Assembly: GCA_002269645.1 (NCBI GenBank)
Contig: NIVC01004762.1
Coordinates: forward strand, 1 to 35,678
Origin: Macrostomum lignano
Lineage: Eukaryota
DNA length: 35,678 nucleotides
Direction of reading: 5' to 3'
The notes below the pieces were generated by a model that was not told the DNA's origin, did not search any database, and worked only from the letters and a program-made list of their open reading frames with translations. Shown piece by piece: positions 1-10,973 of the stretch (positions are counted from its first letter, which is position 1; every line of letters begins with the position of its first letter). The translations under genes were made by a program, and so were the position numbers.

Positions 1-300
1 TCCCTAGATTTCATAACCATACGTTATAACTTATATGACCCAGAATTAAATAGTCTACTGATAAGCATGATGTCTAGTGTGGACTGTGGTATCTTTGACT
101 TTATGTAATAGTTAAAACATTGTAGAATTATTATCCTTATTTGATCTGATGGGCAATGTATCTTTTAGAGTTATTACTGGTTTGAAGATGATACATCTAG
201 GTATTTGAATTCATTGATTTACTTTTTTAATCTGTTGCTTTTATAGAAGATATTAGGATTGTTATGCATTTGCTTGTTCTTTCCCTTATAGGCTAAAAAG
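1..300 (-). mobile_element. Degraded non-LTR retrotransposon (RTE-like LINE) reverse transcriptase C-terminal region, heavily mutated; the AT-rich relic probably extends to ~1200
   Basis: Minus-strand translation gives KNKQM...RLKK*INEFKYLDV (NEFKYLDV at 192-215; cf. KTKxM...LExVxEFKYLG), RLFNS (42-56) and TYGYEI* (4-24; cf. LLYGCETW), in the expected order and spacing. Stops and frameshifts are present. Confidence 0.7.
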
Positions 301-1212
301 CAATATAGAAGTAATATAATTAGAAATAGAAGTTATATAATATAGAAGTAATATAAACTAAAAAGAAAAGGAAAAAAGTTTTTATAAATATATCTAGCTT
401 TTTGCCTTTATTACAATAAAAAACTATATTATCTTTTTCATTAAAGAGACAAATAAATATAAAAAGAACTAGGCCTAAAAGTAATACTTACAAAAATTAA
501 AGGCTCCTATATTTTTAAAATTAAACAAAAATGATTTTTTAATTACTTTATCATTAGACCTATAAGATAAAAACCCAATATTTTATATCTTAGCCTAACC
601 TTTCAAACTATATTAGATTTTTTATCAATAAATAAAATAGGCTTTAAAAAGCTACAAAATGACCATATTGGACTTAGAAATTAGTTAAATAAAATTGTTA
701 TATTATATTAGTTAAAATATTAGTAAAAAGTCAAGTTTTTCCTACTTTTATTTTATATTAGTTTTAATTTAATAGCTTTTATTTTTATGTTTATTTTTAT
801 AGTATATTGACATTGTATTGTAGGCTCCTTAGTCCCTATCTTATTTCTAGCCATGTATATATTTTAATCTGTATATTAGGCCTATGTGTTAAATGTGTAC
901 AAAGTTTGCAGTAGAGATCAATTAAATTTTTAGTTTAGCCTTAGGAGACAACTGTCTCTAAGAGTGCATTTTTATCAAACAAAGCACTAGGCCTACTAAG
1001 CCTAGTAAAGTGAGTAGTGCTATTAGCTAGTAGGCCTAGGCAATTTATTAGGCCTAAGCCTAGGCCTAAGGCTATATATTCCTAAATTACTTATCTTAAT
1101 TTTTGGCTTTGCCTTTGCCAAAGGCTTTAGCATTGGCCTAAAATTAAAATAGAATATCTTGATTTTTTAGTATAATATTTATGTAGGCTTATGGTTTTGT
1201 ATGACCTTTTAC

Positions 1213-1408
1213 ACTTTGTCCAACTCAGAATATTCCGACCATTATTCCAGCTCGTAATGCGGTTATTCTAGAAATAGTCTAAGTATCATCCAATCATTGC
1301 AATGTATTTAATAATCAGTCAAAATAAGAGTCGGAATGATATTTAGACTTGCAATGTATTTAATAATCAGTCGGAATAACGGTTGGGATATTCCGAGTTG
1401 GACAAAGT
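1213..1408. mobile_element. MITE, 196 bp, 36-bp TIRs, 4-bp TSD (TTAC)
   Basis: 1213-1248 is the reverse complement of 1373-1408 at 32/36 positions. TTAC lies directly on both sides (1209-1212, 1409-1412). There is an internal direct repeat TTGCAATGTATTTAATAATCAGTC. Confidence 0.8.
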
Positions 1409-1745
1409 TTACAAGATGCTAGAGGCATTTCATTTTCAATTAGGTCTTATTAGATTTAATTTTTGATAAGCAACCTGACAAAAGCGAAACCCTGACAATA
1501 ATACTATTTAAATATATATGCAAAAATAGTTACAATCATTTAATGTAAATGATCTTAGCTATAATATAAACTATGTATTAGAAATCATGTGTTATTGTAG
1601 TGTAAGCCGACACGAACGTCAGTTCTAATATAAAATCTTCCGATTCCCAGCCAAATTTTTGAAGAACTTAAACTTTCGAAGAAATAAAAATTCACTCGTT
1701 TACGAGTGAAGGCTTTTCACGAAGATCGGTTCTAGAACCAGAATA

Positions 1746-1840
1746 ATTCCGATTCCAGAACCAGAACACGGTTCTGGAACCGATTCTGAAAATGGAACTA
1801 TGAAAAGCTTCGAACCGATTCTAGTTCTGGAATCGGTAAT
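1746..1840. repeat. Small fold-back (about 21-bp inverted repeats)
   Basis: ATTCCGATTCCAGAACCAGAA (1746-1766) versus the reverse complement of 1819-1840, ATTACCGATTCCAGAACTAGAA. Confidence 0.55.
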
Positions 1841-1918
1841 AAAGCCAAGTGGAGGCTGCTGGATGTTCACGACGGTAGATTTCAAAACTTGAAAGTGTCG
1901 AATATATAGGCGCGCTTT

Positions 1919-2060
1919 TCTACGCTTTTGTCTGTTTATTCCATTTACTGTACATTGGGTCTTATTTCCCCTTGTCTGTTTTACGCCGGGTGGCAGATCA
2001 GCCCGAGATGCTGATGTCTGAAAAGCTACAGCCAGCACAGTTTACCGCCCGATGTATTCG
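1919..2060. pseudogene. Rearranged relic of a paralog of the 8226-9653 transporter gene
   Basis: 1983-2016 matches 9317-9354 in the same orientation (4-bp indel), with weaker similarity to ~2050. 1919-1986 matches the reverse complement of ~9250-9316 (FYAFVWMFHPLYMGLIVPCLFY coding segment). Confidence 0.7.
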
Positions 2061-2726
2061 GCTGCGGTTCGCGCTAGGCTTGCACTTGAGTAAACCGGCT
2101 TTAGTGCCCAAGTACGCTCTTTCTGTGCACCCCAGCCGCGTATGTACGCTCTGTCTCGTTTTGGTTGGGTGGCGCCCACCGCTCCACCGGTGAGAGGAGG
2201 CCGCCTATTTTATTCCAGCAAACGCGCTGCTGAGCAGGCAGTTTTTATTATTTACTTCAGTTTTCCAATCTCGTATGTAGCCAAGGTGAAATAGTGGCAC
2301 TTTAATTGTGCTGCCCCATTCGTGATCTACTCGTAATTTTAAATTCCTCTCACAGTGATGAATCTTCAATCAGGTCTTGAACCTCAAAACCTTACCTGCA
2401 CGTCAATGCCACGGTAAAAAAATTGCCAAATTTTTCCTGCTTCTTTTTCTGCCGTGGTTTTCATGGTAAGAAAAACAATTGCATTGAAAGGGGTTGAAAG
2501 CTAATTAGTGAGACTCAAAATTGTTGAGAATCTACTAGCAGCGGCTAGAGCTGGCCCTTCAAGAAGATGCGATATGCACACAGTTTGTTGAAAATTGTAA
2601 GAAATCTTCGACTTAATTGGCTTTTGCAGCAGTTAATTGTATGACGACTGGTCAGACTTGTGATGACGCCCGATTAGTGCGCCAGCAAGCCGCCGCGAGG
2701 CGAACACCCATTTAGCACCTTTTTAA

Positions 2727-4580
2727 CTGATTTCTTCTTTCATGTCTAGAGCCTCTTCTTGGCTAACCAGAATCCATAATTTGTCTGTTCCCGACTGCTT
2801 GGTAAGCAGTGCTTACCATAGATATTTTCTGGCATAGCATGTCACTTCCATTCCTGCCGGCTAGGCATACTGATCCAGCTTGGTTCAAACTGACGTGCTA
2901 GATGGGAAGGAAATGAACAGCACTACTGATTTAGCCAATAAAACAGTTTCACTTGCTGCCTGCTTGGTATGCGCTGCTTACCATAGAAATCTGTGCTCAG
3001 ACAGCAAGTCCCCTTTGTAGTAAAATAGCTTTCTTACAGTAACACTCTTACCATCTTGTTTGTTAGCCTTTTCTCGCTAAATTTGACACAGTATTTACTC
3101 ACTGATATCCTAAAGTACGTGGCTTCTGCCTCTGAGATCGACTACATGACCTCTGATAGTGAAGCAAGCCTCGACTCCTACTTAACAATAGACGAGGAGC
3201 CTGGCGAGGAGGTTGGCGAAGAAACACTGGATGGCAATCCTCCAACCATAGAAGGGCCTGACGGCGAGGAAGAACAGGAGTTTGCAGATGGCGATACTGC
3301 TGAAGTTGAGAATTTATGGCGACTTGTCGAGCCTGGGTCCGATGAAGGGACAGAATGTTTTGAATTTACCGGAACTGCTGGCCTCAATCCGAACTTTTTA
3401 ATTCCTGAGGATGTTGAGAAGGATAAGTCTTTATTTTTACATTTGTTTCTTTCTGAAGAGCTTTTCCAACGCCTCGCTGAATGGACAAACGCCAAGGTGG
3501 CCACCATGCTGATGGAACTGGATCCTGAGACGGATGTCCTTCCGTCCATTGTATCTAGCTGGCGGGACTGCACCGCAAGCGAGATGAAAAAGCTAGTCGG
3601 CATGCACCTGTACATGGGCCTGAACAAAAAGTCCGAGCTACATGACTACTGGAGCACAGACGATGCACAGCGGTGGAGTGGACACGCTGGACGGCACCCC
3701 TGCAGCCCTATGATGCCAGCAGAAAGACAACAAAATGGTTCCACAAGCTGGGTTTGCATATGTGCCTTTAAATGGTGCGCAACGCTTGGGTTCTGTACTG
3801 CAAGTGTGGTGGCCAGAATACTTTTATCAGATATCTCGAAGCCAGCATCCGTGATTTGGTAGAGCGAACTGGAAATGGCAGGAAGCGACCGGCTTCCATG
3901 CTGCAAACAGTTGCAGTCCCTGAGCAGCATTTTCCAGAGAAAATCCCAGGTCGTCCTACCCAGCCCAGACCTACGAAAAGGTGCAGAATGTGCTACAGTT
4001 CTGCCAGTTCCCGGCGCACAGTTTATTTCTGCAGCCGATGTCCAGGATGCCCGGGACTTTGTTTGTTAGATTGCTTTCAACGCTGGCATTCGCAGCGTTG
4101 AAGTACGAGCATCGGCAGAATGGACTCACTTTCCGCTAAAACTAAAGTTTTCATCCATTCTGTTTACTGTTTTTGCCTTTTGTCTTTAGCTCAAATTAGT
4201 TCACAACTCTTGATAATTTATATTAGTTTCACTAGTTATAGTTTCTGTAGTGCACGAGCCGTACGTTCTGTATGCGCAGTAAGTTTGATCAGCCAGAATA
4301 TTATCAGGTTTTTCATTCTCGTTTTTGTTGTTTAACTCTGTTATTAGTAAATTTGATTTCAAACTTTAATGAAGCCTCTTCGAACAAAAGTTGTGTTTTT
4401 GAACCAAAGCACTAAGGAACGTTACTGACGAAACAATTAAGAATGTAGAATGCAACGCCTATAATTGTCAGAAAACAAGAAAACCTAGAATACTCATGGT
4501 AAGCAGTGCTTACCTTATCCGGCAAGAACGGATACTACCAATTTAGCCATGGAATTTGATTTACTCTGGCCGGCAGAAAG
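2727..4580 (+). mobile_element. Internally deleted, non-autonomous piggyBac element (ends approximate)
   Basis: Contains piggyBac transposase fragments. A 17-bp palindrome GGTAAGCAGTGCTTACC occurs near both ends (2801-2817, 4498-4514) with inverted similarity in the flanks, and a variant copy at 2966-2982. TTAA at 2723-2726 and TTGA at 4581-4584 are candidate target sites. Confidence 0.7.
3146..4101 (+). pseudogene. piggyBac (PGBD-type) transposase pseudogene: acidic N-terminus, then C-terminal part and cysteine-rich domain; catalytic core deleted
   Basis: WRDCTASEMKKLVGMHLYMGL...LHDYWSTD is joined at ~3662 directly to GGVDTLD, then (+1 frameshift) YDASRKTTKWFHKLGLH, a stop at 3769-3771, and the C-terminal RCRMC...TVYFCSRC...LCLLDCFQRWH. 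Confidence 0.88.
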
Positions 4581-5699
4581 TTGAGTTGGGCCATCAGTCT
4601 TCTCGTGGCTAGAGGAAAATGCTGCTAGCCGCTGGTAATGATTGGCTTTATATCACAGCAGCGATCTGGTTTGCTGATCGCGTACTTTGTTGCATAGGAA
4701 CTTCTGATCATACATTTGCCAGACTAGTAGTAGTATATAGTGTTAGAAGTGTGTAGTTGTATTCATGACGTTAAATGACATTTGAAAATTTAAATAGAAT
4801 TTGGAACCTTAATTTGTAATATAAAATGATTCTTCTAAGGGTAGCGCTACAAAGCGCGAGTTTAGCGCAAACAGCAGGAAACTCTGTGTGTGACTTGAAC
4901 ACAGATAGATTGTTACGGCTAAAGCAAGTTCAAGAAGTCAAAGACTACTAGATAGTGCATCAAAATTATACTACTCTTTTAGTAGTGTCTCCTGCGCGTG
5001 GGTTAAATATTGAGCGCGCATGATGGCGCACACTGCACAAGAGCTGGGTGGATTGAGGCGGTCAAACGGAAGCCCTGCCCTTGAAAAACGTCCCGGACGC
5101 AGAAATGCAGGAGTAAATCTACGTTCAGGTTGATGAAAATCCCAATCCTATGCTGAAGCAACCAAACTCCCTCTTGCACCAGCATTATCTTATCCAGAAG
5201 CCACACTCAGGGACAAGACCGTCGCTGTAAACTTAAAGTAGCTCTCTTCACCACTAAGGGTGTTTTTAACTGTCCAGCATTTTGGATGCCCCGCAATAGA
5301 TGACTTTCAGGTCTTTCGACCATTAGACAAGTTGCAACTATCTAAAATGCAACGTCTGTTTAAAAAGGTACTTGAATTTGATGTAGTTAATTGAATTTCT
5401 GGACGTCAACGTTGCTGGTCGCATTCGATTGGTGCAATTCAAGTCTTAGTACATGTACTACATATCAAATCTGTTCCCCCCGTTGGGGAGGCAACAAAGA
5501 AAATAATGGAAGCTTTTCAATAAACTACATGTAGGCTTTGCCATTGTTAACAGTCACTATTCTCAATTTCTTATGGAAAATGATGTTAAAAGCAGCATCC
5601 ACCCTGAAAGCAAGCTATCTAACCTAGATAAGGTGTCTGATCACCATGAGCTTTGGATCAAAGCATCTGAGCTGCCCCGACGAGCCACAGCATTTCAAC

Positions 5700-5997
5700 A
5701 ATCCCCCATGAGCCTTGACATCTCAGAATTTTTCCACATAATTTTTGACAACTCAGCAATATATCCCCCCCATGAATCTTGACATTAGAATAGAATCTCA
5801 GAGATGTAAATTCAGATATTTCAAAGATCAGAGATTCTGGAATTTCATTTCAGAGATTCCCCCTGCTGAGCCACAGAACTTTAACAATATCCCTCATGCA
5901 TTACTAAATGCATCTCAACAACAAAAATTCCCCCATGAGCCTAGACATCTGAATAATTTCCTATGAGCTAGACATATTAACAATCCCCCCATGAATT
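5700..5997. repeat. Degenerate tandem repeat with core CCCCATGA(G/A)xCxxGACAT
   Basis: The motif recurs about five times at irregular spacing. Confidence 0.5.
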
Positions 5998-6557
5998 TTT
6001 AATGGTCGACAGGACGATTGACTATGTATTACTCAGAATTCCAATGAATTAGTAACGAATGTAGCGAGTGGGATGCGTAATTAAAGACCAGTTTGAGTAG
6101 TACATAAGCAATGGCTTGTTTAGATGCAAGAAAGCAATTCCCCGAGTTACATGAGAATGCATACCGGTATGACATGTGTAAAAAATGGGGTTTTCTGTAC
6201 AATACCAGCGTAACGGGCTAGTTTAGGTCAAATATTGAATACCGATTGGTACTTTGGTAAAAGTGACTGCAAAGTGCAAATAACAATCTTATTGTTGCAG
6301 AAAGAGTTTAGCTTTTGTTAGTTTTTCAACTAGCTAAAAAGGTGGTTCTTTCAAGACAAAGTTCAACAAGATCGATGTGTTCTTTTCATGCATTGTGATA
6401 TACAGTACACGTATAGTTATGGATATAGTTATTGGTATGACTAACCATTGAAATATTAGTAGCATTAAATAGAAAAGCTTCAAGCAGGAAAAAAATTCTG
6501 CTATTTCGAGTTCACTGTGTTATAATGCAAAGATTTACCTTCCAATCATTTGTTCAT

Positions 6558-7893
6558 TAGCTACATTATGAGTGTGCTTTTACGAGTGCATTCGCTACAT
6601 TATGAGTGTGCTTTTACGAGTGCATTAGCTACATTATGGGTGTGCTTTTACGAGTGCATTCGCTACAATTGGAGCGTGCTTTTACGAGTGCATTCGCTAC
6701 ATTATGAGTGTGCTTTTACGAGTGCATTCGCTACATTATGAGTGTGCTTTTACGAGTGCATTCGCTACAATTGGAGCGTGCTTTTACGAGTGCATTCGCT
6801 ACATTATGAGTGTGCTTTTACGAGTGCATTCGCTACATTATGAGTGTGCTTTTACGAGTGCATTCGCTACAATTGGAGCGTGCTTTTACGAGTGCATTCG
6901 CTACATATGAGTGTGCTTTTACGAGTGCATTAGCTACATTATGGGTGTGCTTTTACGAGTGCATTAGCTACATTATGAGTGTGCTTTTACGAGTGCATTC
7001 GCTACATTATGTGTGCTTTTACGAGTGCATTCGCTACATTATGAGTGTGCTTTTACGAGTGCATTCGCTACATTATGAGTGTGCTTTTACGAGTGCATTA
7101 GCTACATTATGAGTGTGCTTTTACGAGTGCATTCGCTACATTATGGGTGTGCTTTTACGAGTGCATTAGCTTCAATTATGGGTGTGCTTTTACGAGTGCA
7201 TTCGCTACATTATGGGTGTGCTTTTACGAGTGCATTCGCTACAATTGGAGCGTGCTTTTACGAGTGCATTCGCTACATTATGAGTGTGCTTTTACGAGTG
7301 CATTAGCTTCAATTATGGGTGTGCTTTTACGAGTGCATTCGCTACATTATGGGTGTGCTTTTACGAGTGCATTCGCTACAATTGGAGCGTGCTTTTACGA
7401 GTGCATTCGCTACATTATGAGTGTGCTTTTACGAGTGCATTCGCTACATTATGAGTGTGCTTTTACGAGTGCATTAGCTACATTATGAGTGTGCTTTTAC
7501 GAGTGCATTCGCTACATTATGAGTGTGCTTTTACGAGTGCATTCGCTACATTATGAGTGTGCTTTTACGAGTGCATTCGCTACATTATGAGTGTGCTTTT
7601 ACGAGTGCATTCGCTACAATTGGAGCGTGCTTTTACGAGTGCATTCGCTTCAATTATGGGTGTGCTTTTACGAGTGCATTCGCTACAATTGGAGCGTGCT
7701 TTTACGAGTGCATTCGCTACATTATGAGTGTGCTTTTACGAGTGCATTAGCTTCAATTATGGGTGTGCTTTTACGAGTGCATTCGCTACATTATGGGTGT
7801 GCTTTTACGAGTGCATTCGCTACATTATGAGTGTGCTTTTACGAGTGCATTCGCTACATTATGAGTGTGCTTTTACGAGTGCATTAGCTACAT
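6558..7893. repeat. 34-bp minisatellite, about 39 copies (TTATGAGTGTGCTTTTACGAGTGCATTCGCTACA)
   Basis: Period 34 (TTATG at 6600 and 6634). A few recurring variants (ATTGGAGCGTG, GGGTGTG, ATTAGCTTCA) are interspersed; there are no spacers. Confidence 0.97.
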
Positions 7894-8225
7894 TTAAATT
7901 GAAAATTTTGGCAAACTTACCGAGACTAGTGCGAGACTAGACTGATTTTGTACCGAGAAAAAATTATTATTTAAGTGCTTTCTGAGGAGAACAAAGACTA
8001 CGCTTTGACTTATTGAATGGGAAATATAGGATTATTAAAACACTGGAGATATTACACCAGCTTCACAAGTTTCTTTAGGAGTTTTTTGAGTCACATCGGT
8101 CCCAAATCCCAACGGGTCACGAACAAGAAATATCTCTCAGTCAAACAAGTCTGAAAGAGAATTGCAGCAAAACTCTCAAATAATCAATTTGACAGGAGAT
8201 CAGGACTCGCATGTATTCTCGGGTA

Positions 8226-9653
8226 TTAGCCACTTCCATCATCCTGCTCTGCTGGCAATTGGAGTGGCGCACGTTCAGCATTTGCTTCATCCTCAGCCTC
8301 TGGCTCCGGATACTGGTCCGTCTGGATGAGGGGAAAGGCCAACGGGAAAGCCACGCACCGGGTGTACGTGAGACAGATGACCAGCAGAATCAAATTAAGA
8401 GCATGGTTCACGCAGTAGAAATAGTTCATGTCGCTAGTCAGAAGAGGCATTACGACATGAAACGTGAAGTTTTGTATTAAATATCTGGCAAAGTAAGCCA
8501 GAGTCCAAACGCTGAAGGCGACGCCGAAAAGCACGAGCTTGTGGTCTCTCGTGCCAATCATATCGATGAACTCGTACACACCGACCATCACGACAATCTC
8601 CGACGCTCCATCCAGAAACGACGCTGTACAAAATAAGGCAGTGGTCAGAATGGGACTTGCTGGGCCCAGTTTTGCTAGAAGAAGATCTGCAGAACAACAA
8701 AATAGAGCAGCAGTTGCTGCAGTCAAGATTCCGACCTGAATTCTGATCTCGTGCGATATGAAAGACGTTTGCCTGCTGATTCCTAATAGAATCAGGAGCG
8801 CGGATGTGCCCAGCTTCGAGGCCATGTTCACGTACCGCGGCAAATCATTAGCTTGCATTTCTGCCAGAAGGTTGGACTCAAACAGCGAATTACTTGTCGA
8901 GTTTCTCGAGTAGAGAATGGCTTCCCTCTGGTACCCGTCAACGTGTTCGTCGTACAACTGGATAGAAAACATCGTGAAGGCACTGAGAATGCGAAAAAAC
9001 CGAACGAGACGTTTCATGGTTGGAACTTCCATAGAGCTTGGCTCCTCATCTTCTTTTAGTGTTGTTGAAAGCGACAGAAAAATCAGGCTCAAGCACACGC
9101 CGCCAACCATTATGCTGTAGTAGGTATTCCAGTATGATGTCACAATGGGAGCGACAAAAACTTCCAGCCACGTGGAGGCTTCAGCGCTGTAATAGTACAA
9201 GGCTACCAGCACCATGCGGCTCTTCCTCCCCCAGCTGAGGCGAACGAATCCGTAGAACAGGCAAGGTACAATTAAACCCATGTACAGAGGATGGAACATC
9301 CACACAAAAGCGTAGAACGCCGGGTGGCAGATCAGCCCGAGCGAGATGCTGATGGCCAGAAGAGCCGCAGCCACCGCAGTCACCGCTCCGCCGATAATCA
9401 GAACCGGCCGGAATCCGAGGTAGCTGTTCGCCATGAGACCACCGACCACGGACAGGGTGTATCCAAAGTGAAAGGTATACATCATTGGAGCATTTGTGTA
9501 ATTCACCAACCCTGACGGGTCTTTCAGCTGGCAGGTGCCGTTAACTTTGTGGTACAAATTACTGTTGTAGAGTAGGTACTCAAAGGTGACGTACTGGTTA
9601 ATTGCTTTCATGACGATCACCGCCACCAGACTTTTCCAACAGAACTGGGACAT
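8226..9653 (-). CDS. Intronless multi-pass MFS-type transporter, divergent POT/SLC15-like, 475 aa
   Basis: Uninterrupted ORF; the first ATG is at 9653 (the track starts at TTG 9662). About 12 hydrophobic segments. VGGLMANSYLGFR resembles POT TM2-3 (GGxLADxxLG), EIRIQVG resembles TM9, DGASEIVVMVGVYEF resembles TM10 (GISExFxxxxGLEF). N-glycosylation sequons follow TM1. Clear paralogy with 10974-12491. Confidence 0.8.
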   Translation of the reverse strand: MSQFCWKSLVAVIVMKAINQYVTFEYLLYNSNLYHKVNGTCQLKDPSGLVNYTNAPMMYTFHFGYTLSVVGGLMANSYLGFRPVLIIGGAVTAVAAALLAISISLGLICHPAFYAFVWMFHPLYMGLIVPCLFYGFVRLSWGRKSRMVLVALYYYSAEASTWLEVFVAPIVTSYWNTYYSIMVGGVCLSLIFLSLSTTLKEDEEPSSMEVPTMKRLVRFFRILSAFTMFSIQLYDEHVDGYQREAILYSRNSTSNSLFESNLLAEMQANDLPRYVNMASKLGTSALLILLGISRQTSFISHEIRIQVGILTAATAALFCCSADLLLAKLGPASPILTTALFCTASFLDGASEIVVMVGVYEFIDMIGTRDHKLVLFGVAFSVWTLAYFARYLIQNFTFHVVMPLLTSDMNYFYCVNHALNLILLVICLTYTRCVAFPLAFPLIQTDQYPEPEAEDEANAERAPLQLPAEQDDGSG

Positions 9654-10116
9654 ATTTGACAATGCAAGATTCGATATTTGTTCGCATTTCTATCTGAAAT
9701 TCCGTAATGTTTTATGTTACATTACCTGTGCCATGCAGCAGATTTCGGTTTTTGTACAGTTAGAACGCGCAACCCCAGAGGCTCTCAGCACGAAAGCAAG
9801 CCATCAAGCGTTCCATGTTTACCATGGACAGCTGCGAAAGATGGTAAGGTGTGCTTCTCAAAAAGGAAATGTTCAACTGCGAAAGACGCACGCGCTTGTC
9901 TTCACTGGCCACTGTACATTTGCTTAAAATACAGTTAATGTGCAAGAATCTCTGTGAATGCCTTCCTTAGCATAAATCTTTTCAAACATTTCAGGCATGC
10001 AGCGACAAACATCTGACTTGTGTCGCACAGTCTGAACACTTTCTTGGCCCTAGCCAAATAAACCTAAAATGACGATACTGGCTGGCCTTGCGTACATGCA
10101 CTGAAAAAGGACAACT

Positions 10117-10182
10117 AGTCAGTCAGTCAGTCAGTCAGTCAGTCAGTCAGTCAGTCAGTCACTCAGTCAGTCACTCAGTCAG
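10117..10182. repeat. (AGTC)n microsatellite
   Basis: Direct read, with two ACTC interruptions. Confidence 0.97.
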
Positions 10183-10973
10183 CAGCATATTTTTATTAAC
10201 AAAGAATCTGAGAAATAACTCGTCACATCGATAAACGCTCCAGATACAAGTAGACCTCAGATGGATTTACAGTAGTCGTCGTTGAACTGATGACTAATGC
10301 AACGTGATAAATCATAGTACAAGAAAAGATAAGCGCATACCTCCTAAATTTAGACTATGAAGTTAACTGGCTATTTTAATTAACGTGACTGAGAATGGAG
10401 TGCTTTCGTGATGTGACTAAACTTGATCAACTCCAAATACTACTTTTGCAATTATTGAATAATTGTTGCCCTCGTTATAAACTACATTTCGAGTCAAATA
10501 AATATGGATTTTCGATGAAGTCTACCCAATTGAAAGTCACCGAAACGCCTGTCTCTGCTAGTCAGCACGTTTGTGTTTACAAAATGCCCTAAAAATATAA
10601 TAAGCTTTCAAAGCAGCTCATAATTTTTGACAAGCAATGTTGAAAACTAAGGAATTTTCTGATAGAACCCAAAGACTTAAACATATGCATAGTAGTAGTA
10701 GTCCGTGGTTCTGAAATCGCCGTGTGTAAAAAAATTGAATGAAGTTTTTCAGTCTCGTGCAAACAATTGGCGCTTTCTGCTTCAGTGGAAGTCAAAGCGA
10801 ACAACATGGACTTTCACCCCTTAGCCTCACCATTAGAACACATCGTATAAGTCCTCAGGACAACGAAAACAGTGTATTTCAGAAATCGCAGCTAAACAGC
10901 TGTGAACGTGCCGAAACTTGCACAAAGTTGAAGTGGTTCCATAGAAAATCATACTTTTCCGTCTTCCATCATG

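Noticed and set aside
1843-1857. 14/15 match to 9167-9181, roughly collinear with the transporter relic
   Set aside because: The intervening and flanking sequence does not align; it may be chance.
1919-2060. Twin-priming (LINE 5' inversion) origin of the rearranged fragment
   Set aside because: The segment order does not match twin-priming geometry, and there is no poly(A) or TSD.
2376-2498. Small piggyBac-like MITE (CCACGG/CCGTGG, CTTACC/GGTAAG, AAAGGGG-TTGAA)
   Set aside because: The inverted matches are short and the termini cannot be defined.
2539-4634. Outer inverted repeat CAGCGGCTAG (2539-2548 / 4625-4634) as the ends of a larger or host element
   Set aside because: Only 10 bp are perfect and no TSD of 2-9 bp was found; it could be a nested older MITE but is unsupported.
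4120-5966. Short ORFs 4120-4335, 5003-5206, 5573-5782 and 5745-5966 as genes
   Set aside because: No recognisable motifs or GC3 bias; they lie in a transposon tail or a degenerate repeat.
6558-7893. CRISPR-like array (34-bp unit)
   Set aside because: Units are contiguous with no unique spacers, there are no cas genes, and the context is eukaryotic. The ORFs 6550-7940 are repeat artefacts.
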